Assembly: GCA_038496445.1 (NCBI GenBank)
Contig: JALMLS010000330.1
Coordinates: 62,001-126,000 of the forward strand
Source of the DNA: Trichosphaerium sp. ATCC 40318
Taxonomy: Eukaryota > Protista > Tubulinea
Length of the DNA stretch: 64,000 nucleotides
Direction of reading: 5' to 3'
Shown: in pieces, positions 26,380 to 39,596 of the stretch
Layout: every line of letters starts with the position of its first letter
Position numbering within the stretch: the stretch's first letter is position 1
Translations under genes and position numbers: made by a program
Notes under the pieces: model-generated
Seen by the model: the letters and a program-made list of their open reading frames with translations, nothing else
What the model was told of the DNA's origin: nothing
The model's database searches: none

Positions 26380-29300
26380 TAACAAAAGCTTTTACAATAA
26401 TTTTTATCTTGATACTTGACTCCCTTTTTAAGACAGAGGAATCTGATATTCAAAAAAAAAAGCTTTGACATATTTTTTTAATCTTTTTTCTTTTTTCTCT
26501 TTTTTTTTTCCTTCTAGCTCACATGAGCTATTGCTTCTTTAAACATACGCTGTACACCTGACCCTGTCTCAACGGATGTTTCAATAAATTTTAATGCATT
26601 AATCTGCTTGGAATAACGCAAAATATTCAAATAGTTGTAAAACGATTCACCCTCTTCATTCTGCTGTTTAGTCAGATCCATCTTTGTTGATACCAACAAT
26701 ATTGGTTTTCCAGTATTTGCAATCCATGTGAGACACTACAAAAACAGTTAACAAAACCAAATTCAAAGCCTACAGTACTCCAAGAACGAAGCAATTGAAA
26801 GAAAGAACAAAAGTTAACACTTGTTCGTACTTCTTGTAGTTTGGTGTAAGACTCCTCTGTTCCTGCATCAAAACACGCCATTACAACACCACAAGCAGAC
26901 ACTGCTGTTGAAAGAACAGATTGGGAGAGATCATTTGCCTCCCATATCTCAACAGACGGTTGATTTAGGTCAAAAGCAGCTAAATAACATAATCAGCAAA
27001 ACAATGCAAAAATATCTCAAAAAGAACGTACATGCGTGTCTGTAGACAATGCAATTAATCTCGCGGACATCTGTACCTAAGCTACGACCTGTGTAAGACT
27101 CAATGAGCCTAGATTTTCCAACCCCACTAGTGCCAATAATCTACAAAGAAAAAAAACAATCAATAAAAGTGTCCTTGTGTTGGTTGAGAAAAAGAGTCGT
27201 ACCAAGCAAACTGGAAATTCCGGCGTGTATTCACATTTCTTTATTGCTTTATCAGGTCGCTAATTAAAGCCATTAGAACGGAACATATTTGACAATAGTA
27301 TCTAGAAAGCGTACCATGTCTACTGACTGCGACAGAGGCTTTGTATTGGTTGTACTACGCCAATTATTTCCTGTAGTAGTTTCTTCTAAAGAGAGCCTGC
27401 GTGTATTCTATTTTTTTTTTTTCAGAAATTAGTGAGATGGTCCAAATGAAAGAAAACAATAAATAATTAATATACGTACAGTTTCAGACCCGTTGCTGGT
27501 GTCTGTCTGTTTTGAGTTTATAACATTTGTTTTAAGTGAAGGCGCAGATGATGCAAGGCCAGGACTATCATCCCTTACAAATAATTAGTAACCCATAGTT
27601 TTAAAAAAAAATACAAAAAAGATAAATTGACCCAACAAAATTGGATTAGCTCTTTAAAGAAAACTTACTTCTGTATAGCCCCATTGACAGATGGTGAGGA
27701 TTGACTACGTATTGCCTTTTTATTATCCTTTTCAGACTTTTTCTTTACAAGCACCTACAACAAAGAACTGTGAGCACGTACAAAAATGATATTTTTCAGA
27801 AAAAAACGAGAAAGATAAACAACACGTACCAAGTCTTCCTTTCTTGAAGGTAACTTGAATCCATGATGATCCTTCTTTGAGGACAACAAGGATTTGAGAT
27901 TGCGCTTTGACATCTTAGTGCGAGCCTTTAAATAATTCGAAAGTGTCTGTTTCTTGACTACTGGAATTTTAGGAATGAGCTCGTTCAAAAGCGTTTGATA
28001 AGTGCTTCTAAGTTGTCTCACAAATGATTGTGACTTGTAGGATGCGAGCTCGGCATTAATAACTATAGTAAGTTAGAAAAAACGTCAACTGTGTTAAAAC
28101 CAAAAAAAGAACAAGTCGTACCGCAATACAGAAGCCAGTCGCGGAATTGCGCACCGAGTTTAAACAGCGGTGGGTTTGGTAGATGTGGACCGAAACTAGG
28201 GACATCGGGTTGGTGACACATAGACACCTAAAATTACAATGAGCACCAAAATAACCGCCGCACATCAAGAAAGCTGAAAACAAAGGGCGTACTTGATAGT
28301 ATTGTTCCTTACTGACTGGGTCCGTTACTACCTTCACCACAATAATAACTGTTATATAATTGGATTTTACAGTATCAGGTTGATACGGTTCAGCACCTAA
28401 CGCAAACGTATAAGAAAATGATTGATATAAACAAAAGGAACAAGCACAAATATTTAAACTAGTAATTGAAGAGTCACTTACCTTCTTCTTGAAATACGAG
28501 CAACACAATGTCATTACCAATGTGACGCTTTTTGAATACCTAAGGATAACTTCACGTTAAAATAGTTTCCTAACACAAATACACATGCCTGTTGCTCATT
28601 CTTTTGTTGTTGAGGAAGAAGCGTTGATACATGCCACATTATTTCGTGACCTTTAAATGAGGAGTATACTGATTGCACACCAGTCGTATCCTCTAAACAA
28701 ACATAAACATTGTAACAAATAAAGGTAAACCATAAAAAACTCTAAAACAATGTGTTCACAACAAGTATTCGATTAAAACTTTCCAAAAATGGTTTTAAAC
28801 ATACCCTTAGCATCTAATCCTCCAGTAAAACCCTCGAATCCTTTCAATTGAACGACATCGCCAATAAGTTTTAAAAAACCGTCGTACAAAGCACTACCAG
28901 ACGCTACATAAATTAGCATACACATATAGTGGTTTTTATTTATGTATCAAGCAAAATACTACGTACTGTTTTGGAACATATCCTCCTCACGTGTTTGTCC
29001 TGGCTTGCAAAGCAGTATAGCAAACTTAAATTTATTTGTGACCTGCAGACGAACATTAGATGTTGTTACGTTAAATCAATATTTAGCTAAAAATTACGTA
29101 CCCTCATACCCTTATCCTTATCATCATATGCCATAAGCGTCTTGAAGACATCCAAGTTATTTTCACAAAGCTCGAAACGTTTTTCTTTATGTTCTGGAAC
29201 CAAAGCCTTTAGCAGTGTCAAACCCTGCAACGGTTCTTTCCAGTTTTCTAGAGTAACTCCCGATTCTAAACCACCATCAACAAAACACTAATAATTCCGA

Positions 29301-31014
29301 ACAAAAATAATATCTAACCTGCTAATTGGGACAGAGGTTTAAAATACTTGTTATTACCCTACAAATTCATTAGAATAATTTAACACAAGTTATAAACGTA
29401 CATCCTTAGTGCGCACAATGGCACGAACCATTGGAGAGAACTCGTCCCGGCAAACCATAATTGACGCTACAACAGGGTCTTTGGTGCCTGCACCAGCAAG
29501 ATATGTGATATGGGCTAAAAAATGGTCGTTAGTCCCATTCAAAAAAAAAAAGATACTCAACGCACTGTCTTTAATAAAATAGTTCTTAAACCACATTTTG
29601 TTCTCATGCCAGAAGTCTGTAGCATCGCTCTAAATTAAATAAATGAGCAAACTTTCGTTTTACAAAAAAATTCCAAAAAAAACGAACTTCTGAAGTGACA
29701 TATTTGAACCCTTTATGCTCAGCAATAATTGGAGAAACAAGAGCCGAAAGATGCTCAGGTAAACTCTGTACTGTGCGCAATTTATCTTGAATAGTGCCTT
29801 TAAGCATTGACGGCTTCATTGTAGCATAATGACGCCTTCCAGGAGACATGGAGCTAGATCTACGCTTTTTACGTGTAATAGACGCTAAACATTATTAATA
29901 ACTGTAAATAAACTGGCTGGCGCAATGCGATTGGCGTACTTGGAGGAGAAGCAGGGAAATTTCTTTGTCGTTGAGATTCATGAATTTCTGTTGACGCAGA
30001 GCCCTCTCCTCTTGGTAGTTTACCACGTAAGCTCATAGTATTACCGCGTAAGCTCATGGTATTACCGCGTGAGCTCGCGCCATTACCACGTAACATGTTA
30101 CCACGCAAGCTCATATGCGATGCAGAGCGTTGATGTGGTTTTGGAGGAGGCCGAGGCTTTGGGGGTGGTAACGGTTTATTGTGACGCGTAGGTCGGTCTG
30201 AAGACGCGCGTTTGCGTGGTACTGGAGGTTTATATCCCTAAAACAATTTAAACACTAAACATACAATGGAAATGACAAAAAGACCAAAAATGGAAAACAG
30301 CATTTAAAATCAACTTCTTTTTACGTACCAGTAGCCCAGGGTTACCTTTATCAAGCTTTCCTACACTGCTCGGTCCTCTATTACTAGTGACTCTGGCACT
30401 GTTTGGAGCATCGACAGCATTTCTTCTGAAGCGTCAATTGAAAAAATAGCGTAAAGTGCGCGTACGATCTGTTAGGAGAAGCTTGTCGATTACGTGCAGC
30501 TGAAGCTGGAAGTGGTGGAGTTTTGCTTGTTTGTGCTGGTTGTTGTCGTACTTGTGGGTGTACGGGTTGTTGTTTATACACTGACTGGCTTGGTGTTGGT
30601 GGGATTGGTGCCCTTTTTGTCGGCCGCTTTATGACGCGCACAAACCCTGCTGGAAACCATCCCTGAGCGTATTATGAGAGGGATAACACTTGCACACGCG
30701 TTTTCGTACCTTTGTTCCATCTTGAAACACGCCGTGGTACCAGCCACCATCTTCTTTAGTCACTACAACAGTTTGGCCCTCAGCAATTGAGACTTCTCCT
30801 TCGCCTTCAGCACTAAAATCCTCGATGCAACGAACTGTGAACGGGAACTGTACATTGCCTACATAAGGAAGTAAGATTGATGTCCAGTTAAAGAATAGAT
30901 ATGCTAATACGCGCTCCTACAGTAATTGTAGTTTTGCACTAAATTGGGCTGTTTATTTTAGCTTGTTGTTGCAGTAGTGACATGAAAGCGAAAGAATAAC
31001 GTACTGTGGTCCAT
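26380..31014 (-). CDS. SH3 + Rap/Ran-GAP + C-terminal Ras-superfamily GTPase-like domain (many exons; ends approximate)
   Basis: SH3 (EDFSAEGEGEVSIAEG...GWYHG...GWFPAGFV); RapGAP (KFKFAILL, GFTGGLD, EIMWHVSTLLP, KRHIGND); P-loop GTSGVGKS, TKMD and FIETSV. Confidence 0.8.
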
Positions 31015-31433
31015 GACGATCACTAATTCAATAACAAAGCGCAACCTTTAGGACGTGAGGTTTCTCTTTATCTTCAACAATATTAGTTTATCGAAAAGCG
31101 CTGGAGCATTTATGAAGTTGCGCAATTGGTTTTGGAAATAGTTGTAGCAATTGAACGTTTTTCAAAAAAACTAGCCGTGAAATTGTGAAAAAAAACGCGT
31201 CCTACGCAAGGGTATTGTTTTGGGCGAAGTAGCGGCTCTAATATTTTCATTCAAAACACGCTGCAAAGATCCAATAAAAATAGTGCTGCACCAACCGTAC
31301 CGATACTATGGTGTTGATATCGAGTGAGGCGTCATCACACTACTGGTGCGGTTACCGCTGGAGCGTATGGTCAGAATTGTTCAGCGCTAAGTCACCAATA
31401 AGCCGTAACTTGTTCTAAACCCAGCCTCACTCA

Positions 31434-31893
31434 ATGTTACGTACTCTCTGCTCTGCTGGCAGAGTCCAGGTGGCACGACAACGCTGTTCGACCACTACTG
31501 TAAGTCAGCGCGGATTTCATCAGTCCACATTGGTGCTAGCTGTGCCTAAAAGGAAAATTACAAAATCAAGGAGAAGAAAGCGCTATGCTATGCCTGAATA
31601 CGCAGTAAAGAAAAAAGTTAATGTTTCTGCTTGCTCCTCATGCGGCGCAACGCGTTTCATTGGTAATATATGCACAAATTGCGGCATGTACCACGGTAAG
31701 AAGAAACTCACTTACTACGACGCTTAAACCGATTGTTCTTGTACGATATCGCTAACGAATGTTAGGTGTGCAAGCTCTAGCACCATCAAGGCGCTTTGAA
31801 AAACAACAAATCGCACAGCGTCTCAAGGATGAATCGCTTCTACCACAGCCAGAGGCAAACACAGAATCAAAAGAAGTATCAGCAAACAAATAG
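31434..31893 (+). CDS. MRPL32: Mitochondrial ribosomal protein bL32m
   Basis: Arg-rich presequence, AVPKRKITKSRRRKR, CxxC...CxxC zinc ribbon; second exon after a GTAAG intron (~31696-31765). Confidence 0.85.
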
Positions 31894-32685
31894 GCTCCTT
31901 AACCTTATCAAAATAATTTCTAATTCACCCTTTGCGACGTATATTGGGTACTTGGCGTACAACCAATACATTTTGCTGATTTGTGATGTTTTTGAGGCTT
32001 CACAAGAAAATATATGTACAAACTTCATCTGTATACGCTTGAAATAAACAAGCAAATGCATACTTACAATAAAATGCATGAAAACCTACAACACGTGCAC
32101 TAAATTGTAAACAACAAACCCGAGAAAATAAGAAAAAGAATCAATTTTGTTTTCGTGTCACCTGGATCTAACATTCTTGAGTACTGCTGTATTTCATTTT
32201 GCATCCCTTTTCCGCCAGGAGAAGGAGTTACTAATTTCTCAAATCAATTCGTGGCATTTAAAAAAACATACTAAAAAATGCTTTCATGTGCAAGTAGTTC
32301 TCACCTCTATAGCTGAACACTTGTTTGCAGCTGTACACCAACATAATACTCGGTATTCTCTAAAGGAAGGCTTGACAATTACTCTACGCCTACAAAACCC
32401 ACTGCTGAAACGGACTCATGTACCATTCCATGCAAGTGATATCTCTTTGTTTGTTTTTTGCTATTTCCATTCCAACTTTAACGGAAAGTGAGATGGAATA
32501 AAATACCAGTTCGAACCATGTACTATATGTCATGCAAGTATCATCCAGTCAATTCTATCCAAGTAAACAAAACCCGCTAAACAGATACTATGTTTATACA
32601 ATGTATTCTAAGATACTCTTGGTAATATTGTGGTAGCGATGAATAAACTTGGACAAGTTTTTGTTCAGCGACAAAGGAATATTGA

Positions 32686-34959
32686 ATGATTGAAAACTAG
32701 TAATTCATTGCAAACATTTCTACTCATTCAAAGCACGAGATAATCGAAAGCGATCCCAATCATGAAATCAATCAGATGTGGCCAATTTTTGCAAGTTTAC
32801 AGCCACTAAAACACGATACAACGAGGATCTAGTCAAGCTTGGCATGTGGAAATCTTATTACGATGATGGAAAACTGAAGAGTAGTAAGACATAGAGAACT
32901 TTTTGCTAAGTAGTTGAAAACCAAAAAAAAATTCGTTGTGGTTCACAAATGTTCGCTAGCAACTTCATATTACGGCTACAATTAGACACAGTGCTGTTAA
33001 ATGTACTACAAATGTACTAGTAACCAAAAACTATCACATGGCTGTAAATTCGTAAAAAACTGAAAAACGTGCTTTTGTTGATAATTTTCATTCGAATGGT
33101 AAACAGTTTCTGAAAGCCAAAGTCACTTTTCAATGGCGTCTTACTATACACACAGTATCTTACATTGTGTCACGAAACTCCTGGGTTCAACTACAGATTA
33201 CAACATAAAATATGGCAGACCGCAACCGCCTGTTTCTAAGGCAACGGAAATACATTTCCCTATATCCAGAAAGGGTGGTACCAAAGTTTCAAAACAGGCC
33301 TTGCTGGTCTACCCAATCTTTACACGAAACAAAATAAAAACGTTTTTGGTAAGATACAAATACGCACCAAACTTTAGGACATGCGATTCTATGCGTAGAA
33401 AAGAACAATAAGAAGAACTTACCTCGTTTATTCCAATTAGTCGTATCCACAGTACTCAAATATGTATATTAAATCCACTACAACCTATTTAGTACTATAG
33501 TGACCTGCAAGAGTAAACAAGTGGTAGTGGTTCACGAAAAGTACGTTTTACAGTTTTTTAGCGCAAAAATGTGTCAACAAAGTTCTTGAATTAATTTCGC
33601 AGTTAGGTGCAATTATTGTACACTCTAATTTCGCTCAATGTGTTCTAAACGTATTATACATGCAGGCTATGCTTATCAACTACTTAGCAAAAAGTTCTCT
33701 AATAACGGAGAGTTACACGGGATTAGTAAGTCTTGGTATGAAAACACCAAGTTAAAATCACATATTCAGTATGTAAAAGGGAAAAGAGACGGGCAATTCA
33801 ACCATTGGTACGAAAATGGCCAACAGCACATACAATGCCATTTTGTAAACGATATAAAAAGAAGGCGAGAACAAACACTGGAGCTCTAACGGACAGCTGT
33901 TGCGTCTCTTTCACTACAAGAACAATAAAAGAGCGGGAGAGTACAAAGAGTGGCGAGAAAGCGGACAATTGGAAAAGATATTCCACTATGTGAAGGTTGG
34001 AATGTGCACGTGGTTTAATGAAAATGGCCAAATGCAAAGTTGTTGCCCCTACATCAATGGCAAGAAGGAAGGGACAAGAGTAGAATACTATAATAACGGT
34101 CAAGTAGAAGCACGTACAACCTACATCAATGGCGTAATGCACGGTGAGTTTAAGAATTGGTTTGAAAATGGTCAAGTGGTATCTCAAGGTAGTTATATCA
34201 ATGACAAACGCAACGGAGAGATTAAGCGGTGGTTTCAAAGTGGGCAATTGCGTGACACATGGAACTATGTAGAAGGCAAACTCGAAGGCGAGAGTAAAAG
34301 ATGGCACAATAACGGTCAACTAGCTGAACTTTCAAACTATGAGAATAATAAGCAGGAAGGAGTATATAAAAGGTGGTGCGCTAGTGGTAATTTAGGTATG
34401 TCGTAGTGAAGTCTTTTCCTCTAATAGTAAAGTAGAGCAGCATGGTCATTTCGCCAATGATAAGCCTCTATACACCATTATGTGGAATGACAAAGGCCAA
34501 CTGAAGAGGTACCGTAATTACCGTACTGGCGAGAGGAAGATATGGCATGATAACGGCCAATTGGCAATACAATTATTTATGATTAGCGGTAAGTTCGAAG
34601 GGAAGCACTTGTCATGGCACAAGAATGGTAAAATAAAGAGAATTACCACTTTTGTCAATGGCAAACAAGAAGGAGAGTTCACAATTTGGTATGAAAATGG
34701 CGAAAAGGAGGAACAAGGCCATCATATACGAAATGAGCTCAATGGTGAGATGAGGAGATGGTATGTAGATGGAAAATTGTATCAAGTTTATAACTACAGA
34801 GACGGTAAACTTGATGGAGAGTTCCAAGAATGGCAACAGAATGGTGTTTTGCGCAAAATTTGCAATTATGTCAACAACAAGTGTGAAAGAGAGGATCTAC
34901 GGCAAGAATCTAGCTCCTTTGAACCAGAAGTAATATGCAAGAACGATAAACAGATTTGA
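32686..34959 (+). pseudogene. F-box-like + MORN (YwqK/MORN_2-type) repeat gene, disrupted
   Basis: Many WYENGQ...GKxEG repeats at 33666-34959; frameshift in the A-run at ~33856-33860; degraded 5' part 32686-32883 (in-frame stops and a frameshift) aligns with the TRY...LxKxGxW linker of the paralogs at 50616 and 63609. Confidence 0.65.
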
Positions 34960-35343
34960 TAGCACAAAGGAAAAACGTATCTATTTGCAGAAGGTTGTAT
35001 CGTTGAGATATTACAATAAACAATAAACTATACTAGATTATAGTTATATGCTGACTCTTGTTTCATTGTACAATAGAACTATTTTGAGTTAGCTAGCCTG
35101 ATTTTTCTGGATGGTCTGCAAGCTGTCCAATAGTGCATCCTTATGGATGACTTTACGCGAGCATAAGAGAAAGTCACGTGCGCTACAAATCGGGTGTAGC
35201 CTTCTAAAAAGTAGGCTTAACGTTAAAACAAAATAGCGTTATTTCAGGTCAATCCGTTTAAAATCTTGTGTCCGAACGTCAATTGCAGACCTTAATTGTA
35301 GCAGACTTAACATTTTTACTAGTAAGCTTGAAACGCTTCAAAA

Positions 35344-36900
35344 ATGGACTGCTTGGGCACTTCAATTGAGCAGGCACTCATATACTATTGTGAGAACCAC
35401 AAAGATGAATACAGTAGAATTACTGCAGAACAACGCAAACCATTCCTAAAACAGCTTGAAAGTATCTTAAACAATGCAAACAAGAGACTGATGTTACAAC
35501 TTGACCAATATCTACTCCAAAACACTTGTACGACTAAACAGCGAGCAGAAAAGGTTGCCAAGGATATACATTCACAACGTCATCGTGATACAAACACTGA
35601 AGAGCTAGCATTGCCTCAACATAAGCTAACAAGACAGTGCGCTATTCCTTATTGTTTATATCACTAACAGCTGCAAAAAAGTAGAACACAGACGACTATA
35701 CAACACTCCACCATTCTCGATTTCCCCCCAGAGGTTATTTCAACTATCCTACATCAGGTAGATGCAAAATCAAGATTTATTGTTGTGCAAACTTGTCATA
35801 TGATGGCTGATATTATTCATCATGTTGTTGGTTATGAAAAGATATTCATATATGACATTCCAGATATTCTAAAGGTTAGACAATACCAAGGTGTTATGAA
35901 CAACACAATCGTTGTTTTGAATGTTGAAAACAATACTTTATTCTCATTGCTGTCAGGGTGTAAAAACGTTTCTGCTGAGTTCACAAGAAGTTCTGTAGCA
36001 TTAATTGAGAAGAGTAGTGTTATAAATGACACTGACCTCAAAGCACTTGCAGGAGTTCATTACATTTATCTAAATCGTTGTAAGCATATTACAGATGAAG
36101 GTATACGAGCATTGAGCGGTGTACATACCATAGTTCTTTCTATGACGTCAGTCACAGATGAAGGTATTAAAGCACTTAAAGGTGTTCATAATATTTGCCT
36201 TTGTAGTTGTAAAAACGTGACGGATGAAGGCATCAAATCGCTTGCAGGAGTGCACACGATTGATGTAATGTTATGTCCAAATGTGACGGATGAAGGCATC
36301 AAATGCTTAGCTGGTGTTCACCACATTGATCTTTCACGTACCTCAGTGACAGATAGGGGTGTAAAGTTCCTAGCTGGAGTTCACACAATCTACCTTTCTC
36401 GTACTTCAGTAACTGATGAGGGAATCAAATCACTCAAAGGAGTACACTCCATCTATCTTCAAGATGTACCTGTTTCAGATGAGGGTGTTAAAGCACTTGC
36501 AGGCGTTCATACTATTCATCTTGGAGATACATCAGTGACAGATGAAGGTATAAAATCACTCAAAGGAGTTTATGCTATTGACCTTTCTCGCACATCAGTG
36601 ACTGATGAAGGTGTCAAAGCATTGAAAGGAGTTCATGCAATTAATCTTGATGGCACATCAGTTACAGACGAAGGCATAAAAGCTCTAATAGGAGTCCATA
36701 CTATTGGACTTCTAAATTGTGATCAAGTGACAAATGAAGGTATTAAAGTACTTGCAAGTGTACCAAGCCTGCATGCTATTGAAAAGCCTTGGAGCTATAA
36801 ACGTGACCCTGGACGCCCTAAGCATATTCAAATAGTTGTCTATCATCATTTGTTTATACAACGTGCTTTGAAACTGTATTATAAAGGTCTGCCCTGTTAG
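35344..36900 (+). CDS. F-box + LRR (GVHTIDL-type) protein with N-terminal helical domain
   Basis: ILDFPPEVISTILHQ F-box-like motif, VTDEGIKALxGVHxIxL repeats; first exon paralogous to 6397-6678. Confidence 0.82.
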
Positions 36901-37236
36901 TACATACACTAAAACACGAACCAATAAATAAACAGTTGTCCCTACTTAATTTGCAAACGACTGAAGCTGCAAACTGAAGACGCGACAAATAGAAAAACCA
37001 GAATACAATAGGACTGTTTCTTTGCACCACTAGGTAAAGTTGAGCCAAACAGAAATGTCAAAGTTTTTGCCAGATAATGTTCGTGCAGCTGTTAATTTTT
37101 GACTGCACTAGCCTTTTCGCAAAGGTGTTTAATGATTAGTTAGCTAGTGTGTTGGATGTTTTTTCTAATGTTTTTTGGTTCAGAGAAATTTGCTCCTTTG
37201 TTGTTTGTTTGTTTTTTATTTTGTTTACTATACATT

Positions 37237-38545
37237 TCAATTATTGTGCCCGTCAAGCTCTTCTAGTCTATTATTTTTATGTTGTAACCCAATAATACGT
37301 TCTACTTTTGCATTTCTTTTACGTCTTTCCATTACTTCGCTTTCTGCTTCTTTTCTATGAGACTCTTTGCCGTGGTGTAAATCACGATTTGTTTGTCTGT
37401 ATGTATTTCTAACCATGGTTCCTTCTGGATCCAGTGGAGTTGGTTGTGATACAACTACAAAGAGCGTCAAAAAGAGGAACAATCGATACATTTTTTAGTT
37501 TTTTCAAAAAACCCTGCGCTTCTCACCTTGTTGTACTTCAATTTCCATTGGATCCAATACACCGTCATTATGAGCAAATCTATAACCTATTTGAATACAA
37601 GTGTTAGAGGAAAAGCAATACATGTATGAGTGAGAACACTAACAACAATAAAAAATGAGAGAAAAAAAATGATTAAAATGTTTACCAGTTGTCTCATTTC
37701 CGTTTCGCGAATCAGCTTTAGACACCTCCACGAATTTATCCATCAAACGCTTAAGAGATGTTTCAACTCTATCACGATCACTTTTGGATGATGCAGACTC
37801 CGTAGAAGTCTTTGTTTTGATAGGAGCCTAATTTAAAATTTAATTTTTTTATAATCCGAATATATCGTTACATGTGACGTTTTAAGCGCCTACTATACGT
37901 ACTGGTGTATTACCATATGTCCATCGTTCGGGAAAAGGTAATAAGAATTGTGGAATATGTTTTTGAGGCGTTTTATCTACATCTTCTTCCTTAAGTGTTG
38001 GTTTGTCCACGTTTTCGTCACGAAGTGGGAATTTAGGCACAGCTATTACACAGGTTGGTTAATAACGCTTTGGAATATTGATATAAAGTATTACGCATTG
38101 GAAATGCCAGCTTGGCGCCTTGTTCATGCCATTTGGCAAGTTCAACTGTATCTACCCTCATGTCTTGAAATGCTTGCCTGTGAGAGTAATTTAGCGCGGT
38201 TTATTGAAGATTGTTTTAAAAGTTTGTAATAACGTTAACAATAATGATTTAACACAATGACTTGGCGATTTAATGGCTGCAGAGCTGCGTACAGTACATC
38301 ATTGAAGTTTGCTTCATTTCTGCCCGCCAGTTCCGCGTAACTGTGCGCTGCACGGCCTAGTTCTTCAATATCTACTCTAGATGAGCGTACTGTAATTAAT
38401 ACACGCAATGTAAATACGCACAGCGTTCGCTTACATCTACCAACGTTTCAAAGGCGGATTTCTCTGTAGAGGCGAAATCAAAACTTGTACAAATCTGAGA
38501 GACAGCAATACGAAGCAGCGCTCGCGGAAACGCCTTGTCTGTCAT
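37237..38545 (-). CDS. TAF8: TAF8-like TFIID subunit (histone-fold Bromo_TP domain + TAF8 C motif)
   Basis: RALLRIAVSQICTSFDF...SAFETLVD...IEELGRAAHSYAELAGRNEANFNDV histone fold; LPFPERWTYGNTP resembles the TAF8 LPPFPxxHTY motif. Confidence 0.75.
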
Positions 38546-38608
38546 CTGTGCATCGCCTGGTGAGTGATAAAGTCAACAAAGAACCCAGTTTGACCAAAGT
38601 GGTTATTA

Positions 38609-39517
38609 ATGTCTCACATTAGCAAAGCGAGGAAGAAAAAGCACTTGGTGGACAAAGAAGATCTAACAGTACGTTTTGTAGAAGAGAAAGATGTAGCAGA
38701 AATAAAAATCCTCCAGGTACACCATTTTTCATTAGGTCGCTCTAATAATGTTCCTATAGGATGGGTTGTTCCCTGTAAAATATGATGAGCGTTTCTACAA
38801 GAAACTGACAACAAAAAGTGTCATTTCCCGCACAATGCTATACGACGGCAAAGTAATTGGCGTTGCCACAGCGAAAATTCCAACAGCAAAAATTTTTGAA
38901 ACGTATGACGTAGACAAATACCCCAACCACTTACTATCTCACTATTAATCACTTGGTTAGGATACTAAGTATTTTAACGTGTCATTGTGAAACAGGCAAA
39001 AAAGGCTACATAATGACGTTTGGAATTGATATAACATACCGCAGGCAAGGTTTGGGGCGAATCCTACTTGAGGTAAATTCGTACACGCTAGTAGAAGGGT
39101 GATATTCGCTAATTATGTAAAAAAAAGAGCATCATTTCCCAGCTTGAAGAATTGGGATGCTCAAAAGTATTCTTGCACGTCAAGAGTGATAATACACCAG
39201 CTATAAAGTTCTATAAGAGTACGCCACATACTCTACTTTAATTTAAAGTGTCATTTCAAACAAAATGAAGCGTTGTTGATGCTTACAGACTGTTTGAAAT
39301 TATAGATGTCGGATTTCATTTAGCAACAAAGTTGAAGAACTACTATGAGATTGAGAAGGAACATTATGACGCTTACTCTATGGTTCTTGATCTACGTAGT
39401 GATACAAAAGGTGCTGCACCTGTTGCAGATTTTTCAGATGAGATGAGGCCTCTATGGGTTGTTTTGTTTATAATTGTTGTTATTGTACTTCTTTGTGTTA
39501 GAATAATGATTACGTGA
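38609..39517 (+). CDS. GNAT N-terminal acetyltransferase, Naa60/Naa50-like, with C-terminal hydrophobic anchor
   Basis: LFPVKYDERFY, GYIMTFGIDITYRRQGLGRILL, LHVKSDNTPAIKFY, KNYYEIEKEHYDAY, hydrophobic C-terminal tail. Confidence 0.85.
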
Positions 39518-39596
39518 CAGGAAGAAATAAAAAATGAACAGATTTTTTGAGTTGACTTATTTGACGCTTCCTTGACAACAATAAACGTTAATACTC

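Noticed and set aside
35665-35667. Stop-codon reassignment or readthrough (in-frame TAA between N-terminal module and F-box)
   Set aside because: The TAA is part of a CTAAC branch point next to a CAG acceptor, and TAA, TAG and TGA all terminate conserved genes in this window
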